Made by a program: the position numbers and the translations under genes
In this document: positions 26,634-39,806 of the stretch, piece after piece
Position numbering within the stretch: position 1 is the first letter of the stretch
Layout of the letters: each line of letters starts with the position of its first letter
Origin: Lytechinus pictus
Lineage: Eukaryota
Reading direction: 5' to 3'
DNA: 64,000 bases
Assembly (NCBI RefSeq): GCF_037042905.1
Contig: NW_026974140.1
Coordinates: 684,001-748,000 of the forward strand
The notes under the pieces: model-generated
What the model was told of the DNA's origin: nothing
Seen by the model: the letters and a program-made list of their open reading frames with translations, nothing else
The model's database searches: none

Positions 26634-29600
26634 GCAGGCGCGGATCCAGGATTTCGTGGGAGGGAGGGGGGATTTGACCTGATTTTTGGCGCCCATGTGT
26701 ACTTTTCGAAAAATGGCGCCCACTCCCTCCCGGCCAGGCTAACTTAAGTGCCTTAAATGGATTTTGAATTATCTTTTAATCACATTTAAAAAAAAAATCC
26801 ATGAAATGTAATATAAATGGGAGCGCGAGGCACGAGCGATTTTATTTATTTATTTTTTTTTTTTTTGGGGGGGGGGTTCAATTTGGTTTAACTTCTAACC
26901 AGAGTAGGCCCTACTAGAATATTGTGTGAACGGGATCTGTAGTTTTTGTACTGTTGTTTTAGAATACCCTTCAATAATATTAATGATAACCTCTTGGGAA
27001 TATTGCAATCTCGAAGCAATCGACTAACTTTTCTCATCAGCGGCGTATTTATTCAGCATGGGTGCACGGGGGGGGGGGGGGGTGGCGACGGCGCCAAGTT
27101 ATAAAAAATAAATGAAGTGGGAGGGGGGTAGACGTTAAAGAAAATCTGAGATTTCATTCTTAAAAACACATTGAGGTATCTCACAAGGCCTAAATAAATA
27201 ATGAGAACGCGAAGCGCGATCTGATTTATTTTTTTTTATATATATTTTTCAAGTATTATATCCTGAAAGCCTAAGTCAGGGGCGGACCCAGCTTCCGCCA
27301 ATAGGGGGAGGGGTCATTTTTTCACCCATATTTTCCCCGATCGGCAGCTCAAAGTTGATTTTTTTTTTGTTTCTTTGAAGGGGTTGTCCCAGTGCCGTAA
27401 TGAGCCAACAATTTCGAGGGGGCTCGATATGGTGTATCGCATAAAATTAATAAGAAGTTGCCAGTGTGCGAAGCGAGCAAGCAAATATTATGACATTTTT
27501 ATTACAAAAATAACAGGTTGTGATAGATTTTGACATAATATTTGGAAAATAATATTATATTTCATCCTAATCCCTTTCCTTTTCTCTCTATTTTTTCTTA
27601 GTCTTGATTCTCTCTTCTTTTTTTTGTGGGGGGGGGGGTGGGCAAAACGCCCATGTCCTAACAGTCATTTCCTAGCTTTACTTTATAAACAACATAAATG
27701 TGTAATGATCTCAAAAGCCCTATGAAAGCTTAAAAAAAATTAAATTTCATGTATTTTGTCCTGAAAATTTTGGGCAATGTTTGTGAACTTGAACAAAACG
27801 CGTTATGTAACTAGATAGTTACCATGAGGATCAGAAGTGTGAAATATGCATTCGGGCCTTGTCGAAAAGGGACCTGTTAAGGAAGTTTTGCAGTTAGCCA
27901 TTAAGACGATACATATTTCAACGATTAAATAATGTGAGCGCGAAGCGCGAGCTGAACATTTTTTATATTTTAAAGGATGAGATTTCAAACCCCCCAACGG
28001 GACACTCGAGTCATGTTTTGTCAATCATGAAAAAGGATGGGTAAATTTTGGTATCTTCATAATGCGAGCGCAAAGCGCGAGTAGAAATTTTTTGATATTC
28101 TGATCTGAAACTGGATGATTTTAATACGTTTTGAATAAGATCAAGCTGCGTATCTCAAAAAAACATGCGTGCGCGTGTTTTAGAGTTAGACAGAATCTGC
28201 ATTCTGAATACATTTAATTTTTTCATCATGAAAATCAATAATGCGAGCGCAAAGCGCGAGTTGAAAATAATATTTGAAATTCCGATATGAAATGAGTCAA
28301 TTTAAGCACTATTTACAGCACTGTGTATATAGGGAAATTGTGACGTCGATGTGGAAAGCATTAAATAAATTATGCGAGCGCGAAGCGTGAGCTGATATTT
28401 TATTATTATTTTAACATAGGATCGAAACATTTTAGGCCTAAGGATATTTTGTTATCATATAAGAATGATGACTATCTTCTATTTCTTTTCCTAAACGTGT
28501 CGATATTTATTTATGAAAAAGGGACAACTTAGTTATCATGAATTCATAAAAATTTTATTTCATATTTATTAATCTTATGAGCCTAATGAGTGTGTAAAAT
28601 TTGTTGACAGTGTATGAGGCCTGAAAACTGGAAATTTTAAGTATTTTTGTCATCATGAATAGGATTCATTGGTTGATATATTTTTAGCAAATCACGCGAG
28701 CGCAAATCGCGATCCGAAATTTTTAAATGGGGGAAATTTAAGTAGTTTGTTATAGAATTAATATATAGGTGTACATAACTCACCAAAATGCGAGAGCACA
28801 GCGTTAACATAGGCTTTCATTTTTTTTTTATCGAGACACCTGAAAAGGAATATTTAGATAATCTTATATGAAATACAAAAAGACAATAGGCAGGCCTACT
28901 TAGCAAATAATGCGAGCGCACAAAATGTTGCAAATGTTGATTAACACCATAAAACGGACATTTTCCAGAGCACTTAAAAGAATAAATTGGTAAATTAAAA
29001 AAAAATTAAAGATCGATGTCCGAGCTGAATTATGTTTTGTATATTGACTTCAAAACTTGATATTTTGAACTATATATCAGCCTATATTGACCGAGATATG
29101 TATCTTATCGAACAGGCAATGCGAGCGTGATGCGCGAGCGAAATTTTAATATAGTGACATAAAATATTTTCAAAAATTATTTTCCAAGTCTTCCCCTGAC
29201 CTTATTTTATTCACTCGTCTTCCTCTTTTTATGTTTCGTCTTCTTTTTTTCTCCTATCTTTCCCCTTATTTTTTTCTTTCTTTCCCGTTTTTCCCAATTT
29301 ATTTTCTCCGTCAATAGGGGGAGGGGCACTCGGGCCCCCTGGATCTGCCTATGTTAGTAGTTGTTACGATGAAAACGATGCATATCTATTAAGAAATTTA
29401 TGCTAGCGCGAAGCGCTAGCTGAAAACTTTTATAATGATGAAATGAAAAATACATTTTCAGTTGTCAGGTTAGAATATCAAATATTTTCAGCTTGTGCTT
29501 CTCGTTCGCATAAAAAAAAACTGTGAGGTCGGGATGCGCATATAACTAAACAATTTATTGATGCCAGCGCGAAGCGCGAGCTCAATTTTTTATATACTGA

Positions 29601-29960
29601 CTTAAGAAAGACTAAGGTATAATTCCTATTCTAATTGCTTGTCCCTTTTCTCTTCTTTTTTCTGTTTCTTACCCCTATTTTGCGCCACCATGGGGGGAGG
29701 GGCAAAATCTTTGCCCCTAATTGGATCGGCCTATGTATGTTGACTTGAAAAACACTAACACTTACATGTGGGATTGATGCAGAGGATGCATACCTCATTG
29801 ATGAAATATTGCGAGCGCGTAGCGCGAGCTGAATTTGATAATAACCCTTTTTTTTGTGACCCTGAACAGGTTATCTATCTCGCTAAACAGACTTAAAACT
29901 CGAAAACATTGTTTTTGTCTATTATCGTAAAATCGGGATATTTTTATTCAGCCGCATTAA
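26634..29960 (+). repeat. Cluster of hAT-like fragments with GCGCGAAGCGCG-motif repeats
   Basis: Ends such as CAGGCGCGGATCC (26634), CAGGGGCGGACCC (27277) and GGATCTGCCTATG (about 29341-29353); motif copies near 27205, 27935, 28063, 28243, 28374, 29403, 29563 and 29810. Confidence 0.6.
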
Positions 29961-29965
29961 TTTAA

Positions 29966-30549
29966 AGGAGAATGAAACTCTTGGAGAAAGTTAGCTTTTG
30001 CGAAAGCCGAAAAATCAAAGAATAAGATCAACAAAAGTTTGAGTAAAATAGGAATAGCAATAGAAGAGTTATGAGCATTTGAATGTCGAGATCACTAATG
30101 CTATGGAGATCCTCCCATTGGCAATACGACCAAGATCTATGATGTCACAGATGAACAACTCCCCCCTTTTGGATACTGAAAATATACCCCAAAACATCCC
30201 TTTTTGCTCATTCTAATCATATGACAAACGATTCATCAATGATATAATGTTGTGAAACCTCTATACTTGTCCTCTCATAAAGAGAACACCTCACCTTGTG
30301 ATAGACTCTATAAAAGTGAGAATATAAGTGAAATAAGTACTAAAGTAATAAGGGAGTTGTACTTGTGTGACATCACAGATCTTGGTCGCATTGCCAATGG
30401 GAGGATCTACATGGCATTAGTGCTCTCAATATTCAAATGCTCATAACTTTCTTATTATTCATTCAATCTTCCTCAAACTTTCAACAATATGTTTCTTTGA
30501 TTTTTCTCTTTATTATGGATTCAGCTGGTTTCAAGGGTTTCATTCTCCT
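29966..30549. mobile_element. Kolobok-like MITE
   Basis: TTAA|AGGAGAATGAAAC ... GTTTCATTCTCCT|CTAA; about 190 bp imperfect inverted arms. Confidence 0.75.
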
Positions 30550-30639
30550 CTAAGCTTTTTGGGCAGGACATATATTTCAGTATAAAGAGGCAATACGAGC
30601 AATGTTGCGCCCCCGGTCGAAAATGAATTTGCATGAAGC

Positions 30640-30945
30640 CCCCTAAGTTCAAGGTCAATTTGGCGCCCTCGGTTGAACATAAGCTTGGCGCCCCCATGTG
30701 AAATATAAGTTTGCCCTCCCCCCCCCCCCTCTGAAACATGTATTTGTCGCATTATGGTCAAATTCAAATTAGCGCTACCCTAGTTCGAACATCAATTTGG
30801 TGCCCCGCTAGATCGAACATCAATTCGGTGCTCCCATAGTTCGAACATCAAGTTGGCGCCCTCCTCCCAGTTTAAACGTCAGTTCGGCGCCCCATAGTTC
30901 GAACGTCATTTTGGCGCCGCCTATTTCGAACATCAAATCGACGTC
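30640..30945 (+). repeat. About 28-30 bp degenerate tandem repeat (GTTCGAACATCAATTTGGCGCC)
   Basis: Repeated units directly visible. Confidence 0.75.
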
Positions 30946-30954
30946 CGGGTCAAC

Positions 30955-31860
30955 ATCTCCCTCTTTCTTTTTCCATCTCCTTTTCTTTTTCTTTTCTTTC
31001 TCCTATCCTCATTCCCCTTTCTTTCTCTCTTTTTTTCCCCCTCTTCCTCTCCCCTTTTCTTCTCTTTATTTTCTTCCTCCTCTCTCTCTCTTTTTCTTCT
31101 CTTCATTTTCCTCTTTTCTTCTCTTTTTTCTTGTCTTCCTTTCCCCCTTTTCTTCTCTTTTTCCCCATCTTTTCTTTCCCCCTTTTCTTCTCTTTTTTCC
31201 CGTCTTTTCTTTTTCTCTTTTCCTCCTCCTTTTTTTTTAATTCTCTTCCTTCCCCCCCTTACTCTCTCTTTTTTTCTTCTCTTTTCCTCTATTCCCCTCT
31301 CTCTCTCTTTTCTTATCTTTCTTCCCATATTCCTCTCTTTTTAAATATTATTCTCTTCCTTCTTCTTTTTTCTTCTTCTTTTCCCCCCTTTTCTTTCTCC
31401 TTTCTTTTCCCTCTTCCTCTTTTTTTTCTCTTTCCCCTTTTTCTTTTTCTTTCCTTTCCCCCTTTTTCTCTTTTAATCTCTTTTTTTCTTCTCTCCCTTT
31501 CTTTCCCCCCTCTCTATTTTTCTTCTCTTCTTTTCCCCTCTTCCTCTCTCTCTCTTTTTTTCTTATCTTTCTTCCCATCTTCCTCTCTATTTAAATATTC
31601 TTCTCTTCCTTCCTCTTTTTTTCTTCTTCTTTTTCCTCCTTTTCCTTTCTCCTTTTTTTCTCTTCCTTTTCCCTCCTCTCTTTTTTTCTCATCTTTCCCC
31701 ATTTCTTCTGCCTTTTCTTTGTCTTTCCTTTCCCCTTTTTCCTCTCTTTTTTTTCTTCTCTCCCTTTCTCCCTCTTACTCTCTTTTCTATTCTCTTCTTT
31801 TCCCATCTTCCTCTCTCTCTTTTTATTCTCTCCCTTTTCCTCTCTTCCCCCCTCTTTTTT
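30955..31860 (+). repeat. About 900 bp polypyrimidine tract
   Basis: Almost exclusively C/T. Confidence 0.9.
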
Positions 31861-32259
31861 GAGCTGGGGGTGTGGGGTGAGGCAGTTCCCCCTCGGCCCC
31901 CCATGGATCCGCGGACTATCGGACCCGCGGTCTATCTGACCCGCGGTCTATCGGGATGTCCCCAATTAATTTAATGTATATTGATTTGGAAACAGGAGGT
32001 TTAAGTACAACAGGATTAAATATCTCGCTCAACAGACAGTGCTCGCACCAGGAACAATGAAGACATATATAGGCCCTGAGCAAATTATGTTTCATAAAGT
32101 TATGAAAAAATGGTTCTTATGTTATATAACACAATAATGAACACTAACTTCCTCTTTCCCACGACGTTTCTCTTCCTTTCTCCCTCATTTACTCCTTTCC
32201 CCCCTTTTCTTTTGCCAGCCTATATTTTTTTTGGGGGGTGACAGTTACGCCACTCTCTG

Positions 32260-32849
32260 GACCTGTCTAATGCCTGCGGCCGACTAATGCCTATGGTTAA
32301 GTTAGAACCGGTTAATTCTGAACTTTACGTTTACTTACGTTAGACCGATGAGCTTGTTAGCATTGGTCTAATAGGTCTAGTCTATAAATATAGTCATAGA
32401 TCTAATTATATTTAGTTTAGATCTATATTATCTAGACTAGTCTCTAGATCTAAATCTTGATAGACTACCCTGAGCTACGTTTTAAACTCATGATCATGTA
32501 GGCCTATAACGCTTCAGGCACAAATTAACGTCAGTGAGCAGAACGTGCATGTGAATGTTTAACGCGCGGCTCTGCGTCATTGCTATTTCAATCGCCAAGT
32601 AAACTCTCTTTATCAACAATTGTTATTGATCGATAAACATTTTTCTTTACAAATTATTAAGTTTTTAATTTCACGTGCTCGAAATAGGCAATTGTGTTAC
32701 TAGTTCTATTACATACGGATTAGACTCAGTTGACTAAGGCTACCAAGCTCATTGGTTTAACAAAAGTAGTCCTAAACGTAAAGTTCGGAATTATTAAACC
32801 AGTTCTAAGCTAATCATTGCATTAGTCGGTTGCAGGCATTAGACAGGTC
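32260..32849. mobile_element. MITE with about 100 bp inverted arms
   Basis: GACCTGTCTAATGCCTGCGGCCGACTAATGC vs GCATTAGTCGGTTGCAGGCATTAGACAGGTC. Confidence 0.7.
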
Positions 32850-34089
32850 AAGATTTAAAATTAAGTTAATGCCCTAGCATAGGCTATAGCCTAGCTTAAC
32901 ATTTTGTCTTGCCATTAATGGCAATTTGGTGTTTAAGAATTGGATCTCTAATTTGAGGGAGCTGATTTATTCATAGCATGCAACGCGAACGGCCACAATT
33001 TTGTAAAGACTACGCGCATGCGTCTTATTCCGAAGACGAATGTCATTAATATTTATATTGAAGTCCACAACTGCGGTGGGAAAATTATTTCGCGTCTCGG
33101 GAGATAAAAATGTGGGGATAATATTTTCCTTGAAGGAGTTGTCAGAGGGTGATAGTCCTTGGGGTTGTTGTTATAGAACATATTATACATCAAATTAATA
33201 TTTCATTTTGTAATTGTGGAAACGCATTTATTTGTCACTATAAATTTCGAGTATCTTTGAAGTTGGCTGTATATTTGTATGGTTATATGGGATATGGATT
33301 AATTGTATAATTCATAATGATTCAAATGATTTGTACAACATGTTCATGAAATGTGAATGTGTATTTTGATTATAGAAGAGTACAATAGATTAGCCTTACA
33401 ACAGCAAAAAATAAATAAAAAATCGGACCCGCGGACTATCGTGCTGTAACCGACAAACTGATTTATATCAGTAAGAGAGCTTGTAAACCATTCCAAAGTA
33501 ATTACCTAATCTACTGAGTGAAAAGTTTATAAGCAACAGTACCGAATGCCTTGGAAAAAGTCTAAGAACAGTGTGTTGAAACAACTCGAATGCACAGCAA
33601 AGTTTATCAAACAAAAATTTGTAATTACTGAAAATGCTACATTTACTACAAAAATCTTATTTTTCCGACATATGTGTAAGTAATAAAAAAAAGGGACGGC
33701 AACAAGGAAGTAGGACGATAAGTTATTAGCAATTAGGAATCTTTTTTTTTTATTAGGACTACTTAAATCGTCATTTATCCTGGTACCTCTCCACTAGACA
33801 TGAACAAATTACAAAAAATGAGTGAGTGTCGGAAGAAATCCTGAAAAATAACTTGTTTAATAACTTCATATCCAATTTTGTAATAAATTTGACTTTTCTT
33901 AGTTTTGAGTGATCTAACAATACCAATTATATATTCGTCATTAGTGGGCGATAAGAATAAACTACGTGTATTTGGTTATCGAATGAAATACTTTAAAACA
34001 CTTTTCTTCATCTTGAATATGCCTTTTCAGATTTGGTCCTATATTACAAAAGTTACTATCAAATCTATCCAAACATAGCCCTTGGAAGT

Positions 34090-35425
34090 AGCTTGTTACG
34101 ATCGTCTGCGTTCGCGGAGCGGGGGTGGCAGCACCCTTTCGAGAAAACCGGGGGAGCTTTTCTCGAAATGGTGGGTTGAGGGAGGGGAGTCAAAATAACG
34201 CAACTCTTCGAGACAACCGGGGGGAGCTTTTCACGAATGGCAGTGCTGTGTAGTCGTTTGTGCCAGTTGTTTATTTGTGTGTCTGTGTTAGTTTGTGTGA
34301 GGATATGGAGGCCGCACATAAAACGAGGTTGTGTGTGGGAGTGTGTGTGGGTGCATGTGTGTCATCTTTGGAACTTTTCCACGGACATTTGCATAAAAAA
34401 AACGAAGGAAAGAAGGAAAAGTACACATTTTGTGCATTTTCATTTCGGCTTATTTGTTCTCAATAGTCTAGGCGGTGCACGCGTCAACCGGGTTCTGCCG
34501 TACATGGTAACTATTATATTAGTACTAGCTAGCAGTTTCAAAGTTATTGTTTCAGTGGTGTACAGATGAGGGAAGGGGGACTTCGGGCGCTTGACGACCA
34601 AGAAAAAAAAAGGGAAAGAGAGAAGGGTGAAATATATTTTTCTCAATATTAAGCCATACATAATTTGATTTTTTAAGGATAAAAATATCTACATTTTTGC
34701 TCGCACGACTTTTTTTTATTTTGCACGATACGCCACATGAAGCCCCTTCAAAATCTTTGGATCATTACGCCACTGATTTGATTAATTAAATTTCTAGGTA
34801 AATGCTAATTTATTCAGAGCCTAATACGCTATTTCTCCTAATAATTCCATTGCTTTTTATGGCTTTGTGGAACTGTTGGGGGTCTAGAAATAAATCAAGA
34901 ATATGCAATTTTATTCAAAATCACAAAAAAACTGCAAGCTCTCTTCTTTTTCTCCTAATTATCAGTGGCGTAATGAACCTAAAATTTTGAGTGGGTCAGA
35001 TATGTCTTATTGGGCAAAGTGTACTCAAAGTTGTGAGCGAGCAATAAAGAAAATCAATATTTCATTTTCATCAAAAAATCAAATCAGATTTTGATATAAA
35101 AATATTTAGAAAATTATATCATATTTGACTTTTTACTCTTTTATTTCCTTTTCTTCTTTCCCTTTTTTAGTAGTTACTTTTGTAGGGGGGAAGGAAGAGG
35201 GAAACGCTCCCAAGCACCCCACCTATGCACCTTTACCAATAATATATTCATATAATTTTGTTGTTATTATTTGATGAATAATTTTCATAGAAATTACTTT
35301 TTTTCAGAAAAACTATTAAACAGAGCCTTGCGTGAAAAGCTCCCCCATTTGTCCCGAAAAAGTGCGCTTTTTTCGAAAGGTTGTGGCCATCCCTGCTCCG
35401 CGAACGCAGACGATTGTAACAAGCC
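34090..35425. mobile_element. MuDR/MULE-like non-autonomous element
   Basis: TIR (A/G)GCTTGTTAC(G/A)ATCGTCTGCGTTCGCGGAGC; 9 bp TSD CTTGGAAGT (34081-34089) / CTTGGAAGC (35426-35434). Confidence 0.7.
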
Positions 35426-36030
35426 CTTGGAAGCTAAGGTGCTCGTGGGGCTGTTGCGTATGTTATTCTCCATAGACAGCACTCTCGGGAATTATGGTAC
35501 ATGTGCCAAAATAGAGAAATATGAGCGAAATGGCCTTTATTTTCGATTGAAAACCGTGTTGTGCTTGTCAGAATTTTCGTGGCTAAAATGACGTTCATCT
35601 TGTAATGAATCGTTTGACTCTCTCTTGTCAGATATTCTTTAAACCCTTTAAAAACATCCCTTCCCAGGGCCCTATGTCCACAATTACATCCTTATATTAA
35701 ACCAGATGTTCATCAATATCTTTTTGCTGTATTATTGTTATCTTTACCGGTGATCACAATGTCTTATTATCTTCCATGTGACTTTACAACAAAATTATTT
35801 ATAGTTGTTTGGAATTGTGAAAAGAGGCTATACGGAGCTCTGTATTCAGAGTACTAGTGTTAATATTTACTACCTTCGTCATTTAACTTGTACATAAATA
35901 TAAACATTTAAAATGCATTTACAAGGCCCAACCCCTGAAGTCCAATGCATGAAAGTAAGCCTTAATCCCATAAAAGAGCATTAATGCAGTACAACACTGC
36001 GGCACGCTCTTGCAAAAGAGTTAATTAAAG

Positions 36031-36401
36031 TCAATGATATTGAAGGAACGATGAAGGTGGGTTCTGTAAGTCTTTCTTGCCAATCAAATTGACATATCTT
36101 TTCAAAGCTGCATTTACCCAGATCCTCTGCTCCTCAGAAAATGAATCTAGCGTTTGGTTTGACTTTGATCGATAGAAGATCCCATTGTCATACTTTAGTG
36201 CACATTCAAGTCGTCCTTCATCCATAGGCAGGTTCAGATATTTGAGAATTCGTCGTAGCTCGTGCGCCGGATTCTGTTGTAGTTGCTCATAGTACACTAT
36301 CAATATCGATTTGCAAGTGCTTTCTTTGTGACATCTGTTTATATATGCCACACTCAGACTAATCCAAGAGCGAGATTTTCCCTTTACGTAATTCCTCCAT
36401 C
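36031..36401 (-). CDS. Terminal coding exon of a WSCD-family (WSC-domain / sialate O-sulfotransferase-like) sulfotransferase
   Basis: AG acceptor (36403-36402) after a C18 tract; open frame WRNYVKGKSRSW...ILIVYYEQLQQNPAHELRRILKYLNLPMDEGRLECALKYDNGIFYR...stop. YE.L...EL.RIL.(F/Y)L and RL.C...G.F.R match the WSCD sulfotransferase C-terminus. Confidence 0.8.
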
Positions 36402-36839
36402 CTTCGGGGGGGGGGGGGGGGGGTGAAGTAAAAAATACATTGAACAGTTATTAGTCATAAAAAACAAAATAATCGGATTGGCATAGCATTAACAAAATAA
36501 AGAGAGAATATTATCAAAACTCATTATTATGAGGGTAGTGAAAGCAGTTTAAACTATTGATGGGTTTACAGAATACATTTTCACAGAGAAAAAATGCTTT
36601 TCAATCGCATAGGGGCAAACACATTTTTTGCTCCTAAATCTTTATTGTTTTTCTTTTTCCAAATAAAAAACTTCAATTTTCCCAATACCTGTTTGATACA
36701 AAAGTATGCAGACTATGAATGTTAAAAAATTGTGAAATGCTATAGCAATTTACACAATTTGGTAAAATATACATGTATGTACATAATTTATGATATGGCA
36801 AAACATCCTGTCCTTTAATCATCACCATGCTTTCCTTAA

Positions 36840-39571
36840 AGTATACATCCAAAGAAAATTCACGAAAGTGATGATTATAGACAAATTATATATGAATGGA
36901 AAGGTCTTGTCTTTTTATACACAAATATGTCACTAAAAAGTCTTATTGATGTCGTGGAAATGCAAGAAATGAAATTATTAGAGACCCTTCTCAGCCCCCC
37001 AGCCGCCCCCAGACAGACAATAACGCGATCAAATACAGTCGAGAATAATGACGTCACATGATGATCGACTCACTCAGCCGCTCTCTAGCTCTGTGCAAGC
37101 CAGCAGTACACTTATAGCTGATTCACCTTCCTGGTCTCTATTTTTCTCCGAATTTACCGTTTTCTTTATGTATTGTGATATCCGAATTCTGTTTTCGACA
37201 ACTTCAGACTATAAGGGAACCAGAACTGTGTTATTTTGCCCGGTTTTTATTGAATTGTGAACTGGAAAGATCGATTTTGTCCACTCGACAGTCTTCGTTG
37301 TGTTGCTCTACTAACTATTGAAAAACTCCAAGCTGCACGGTCCCATTCACTTGCTCCCGATGCATGTTGCAGGTTAAGCTGTTTGATCCAGTCAAAAGTC
37401 AAGGTAAGCATGTTTGGAAACTGTACTTGTTCTTACGATGCATTCAGGTCAGATGACAGATACAGATCTGATATAAGTTTAGAATCATGCATTTTGGCAT
37501 AACTAAAATTAAAAAGTCTTTATTTTAGAAATAATGTTTTTGCACAATTCCAGCAGATTTTTTCTTCAGATTTCTAAAACTGGTCAGGACTCAATTTAAA
37601 TTATTTAGGAGCACTGGTATGGACCATGGCTGAAAATCTGCTGTTTCAGAGGAATGTTTAAGTTTTTATTATATACAGAATTATATCACCATGATGCCGA
37701 TGTCATGAAGCCAGACAAATTTTCAGCAGTGATTACCCTTATTCCTGGCCAAAATCACTCACACGTATTGCGAGGTTAGTATTAGTATACTAACCTCGCA
37801 CCACGAACCGCGTTTGGCAGTGGATTTCTAACTAGTGGGTCGCGCGTGCTGGGATCTCACTTCTTGGGTCCACAACACACGACTTCTATGGCTTGAATTT
37901 TCTGTGCGCGGCGGCATGTAATGAACCCTTAGGTGGGCCAAAATTAGAGTCTGGTGTTTCTTTCTGATTAGAGTGTTGCTGCATATATGCATGCGTAATG
38001 CCTTCAACAATGAAGATAAATGCAATCTTTGTAATGACACAGAGACTCAGAGAGCACCGTACCTCAAGTGATGTTCGTGTAGTCTCCACTTCACTACTGC
38101 TACAGCCTACACTACGCTACACACCTACCCGGGTAGGTGTGGCGTACATGTACGGTAGTGTAGCGGTAGTGAAGTGGAGTGGGGCCTACACAAACATCAC
38201 TTGAGGTAGAGCACCAGTGTTCTGAGTGGAACTTTTCAGGTGTCTAAACCTACTATCATTTGTTGTTGACCGGGAATTACATGCCACCGCACGTCATCAA
38301 TCATCACGATAATTAAATTCATACTTTGATTTGATTATTTAAACTATTTCTTTTTTTCTCTCTTTTTCATAAAAACTTTTATTCAAATTTATATAATTAC
38401 TATTTTAACAGTTCCGTAAATATAACCTATTGTGATCAGATGAAGAGTTTCCTATCGTCAAATCTGCAAAGAATAAAAAACAAAATGCCACAAAAAATAT
38501 AAATGTGATGTGAGTGACAACTCTAATTTGCATATCATTGTTTTGTGTATATGACTGTTTTGAGTAAAAACAACAAGGGAAATTACTCTATTCAAATAAT
38601 TTTTAGTTGATGTGGACTTGACTTTTAACTCTATCCCTCCCATCCCAAATAAGAGTAGAAATAATCTAATCAAGAACTTGAAAATCAAAAGCAGCAATTA
38701 AGAAGCAAGATTTGATAAATACAGGTCTGAATAGAATTTCACAAGAAAATAAAAAGAGAAAAAAAGATGGGTAGGGACGGGGAAGGAATAACAAAAAAAT
38801 GCCCAGAAAAAAAATCCCAGTTTCGAACCAGGGTCCTCGCACATGACAAAACAATAGCCAACGCATTTGGCCACAGACCATTGCCCTACCGGAAAGGCAT
38901 TTTTAAGATATATGAAATAAAGTCCGCTCGCCGCTGTTGCCTAATAATGCTTCGGCAATTCAACTGCAATTTCAGTCATTTTGCGATGGATATTGCCGTG
39001 TTTTTTTTGTGGTTCCTGACTTTGCTACTTAATGAAATAATCATAATTTTTGTTCAGTCATGAAGAAGAATGTCTATGCTTTATATTGATTATAATATTA
39101 ATGTGACGTAAGTGTGATTTCTACGTGAAAATATGCTTTGTTTATTCACATATATTTCTTGAAAAAAAAAAATTCTAAGCTAAATATCGGTTACCAAAAT
39201 ACGTTAAATGTGCACTTTTTTTCACTGTTCAGTAAATTCAAACTTTTATCTATATAACAAGACCAATATTAAGAGCAATAAACAATTCTAAGAGCAAAAA
39301 ACGCTGATTGGAAAGATCGTCTCCAATGGGCTGCTGTCAGCTCAGCTGCTCACTGCTCATTGTGTGACGTCACTCAGCTGGAGCTCGCAAGAGGACCGGT
39401 GGAAGGCAGAAATATGGCATGAAAATAAATAATTTTTGAGAGCTGATTTCTGCAAACTCTGATCACTATTTTGAAAAGTGAAGTTATATATCTGATTAGT
39501 AATACTTCCCCTTTACAATGATGACCACATAAAGTCATTATTAAATACTTTTGATTCTTTGGATGTATACT
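36840..39571. mobile_element. Kolobok-like deletion derivative
   Basis: Perfect TIR AGTATACATCCAAAGAA / TTCTTTGGATGTATACT; TTAA TSD (36836-36839, 39572-39575). Confidence 0.8.
38060..38208. mobile_element. 149 bp palindromic MITE
   Basis: TACCTCAAGTGATGTT / AACATCACTTGAGGTA; 8 bp TSD GAGCACCG / GAGCACCA. Confidence 0.7.
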
Positions 39572-39806
39572 TTAATTATGAGCTATGACACATTATCAGC
39601 CATTTCATAGTTTTATCTTTAAATTGTATATGTAAATCGCAAGCCGTTTCAGTTGATAATTTCAAATTTATATTAGTCCATAGTGTGAAAATGTGTTATT
39701 CACCACTATTAAAACGTTATCAGGCACAATGGGTAGATGTATATACATGATGAGAATATAGGAAAGACAAAGAAAAACGTAAAAAGTAAAAAAAAAATTA
39801 TTTATA

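Noticed and set aside
30911..31904. 243 aa F/L/S ORF and K/R/E-rich antisense ORFs
   Set aside because: Polypyrimidine tract artefacts.
37257..37410. Possible THAP/transposase exon (RCVAL…, CAAG|GTAAGC donor) inside the Kolobok-like element
   Set aside because: Second Cys and FP motif not recoverable; too weak to call.
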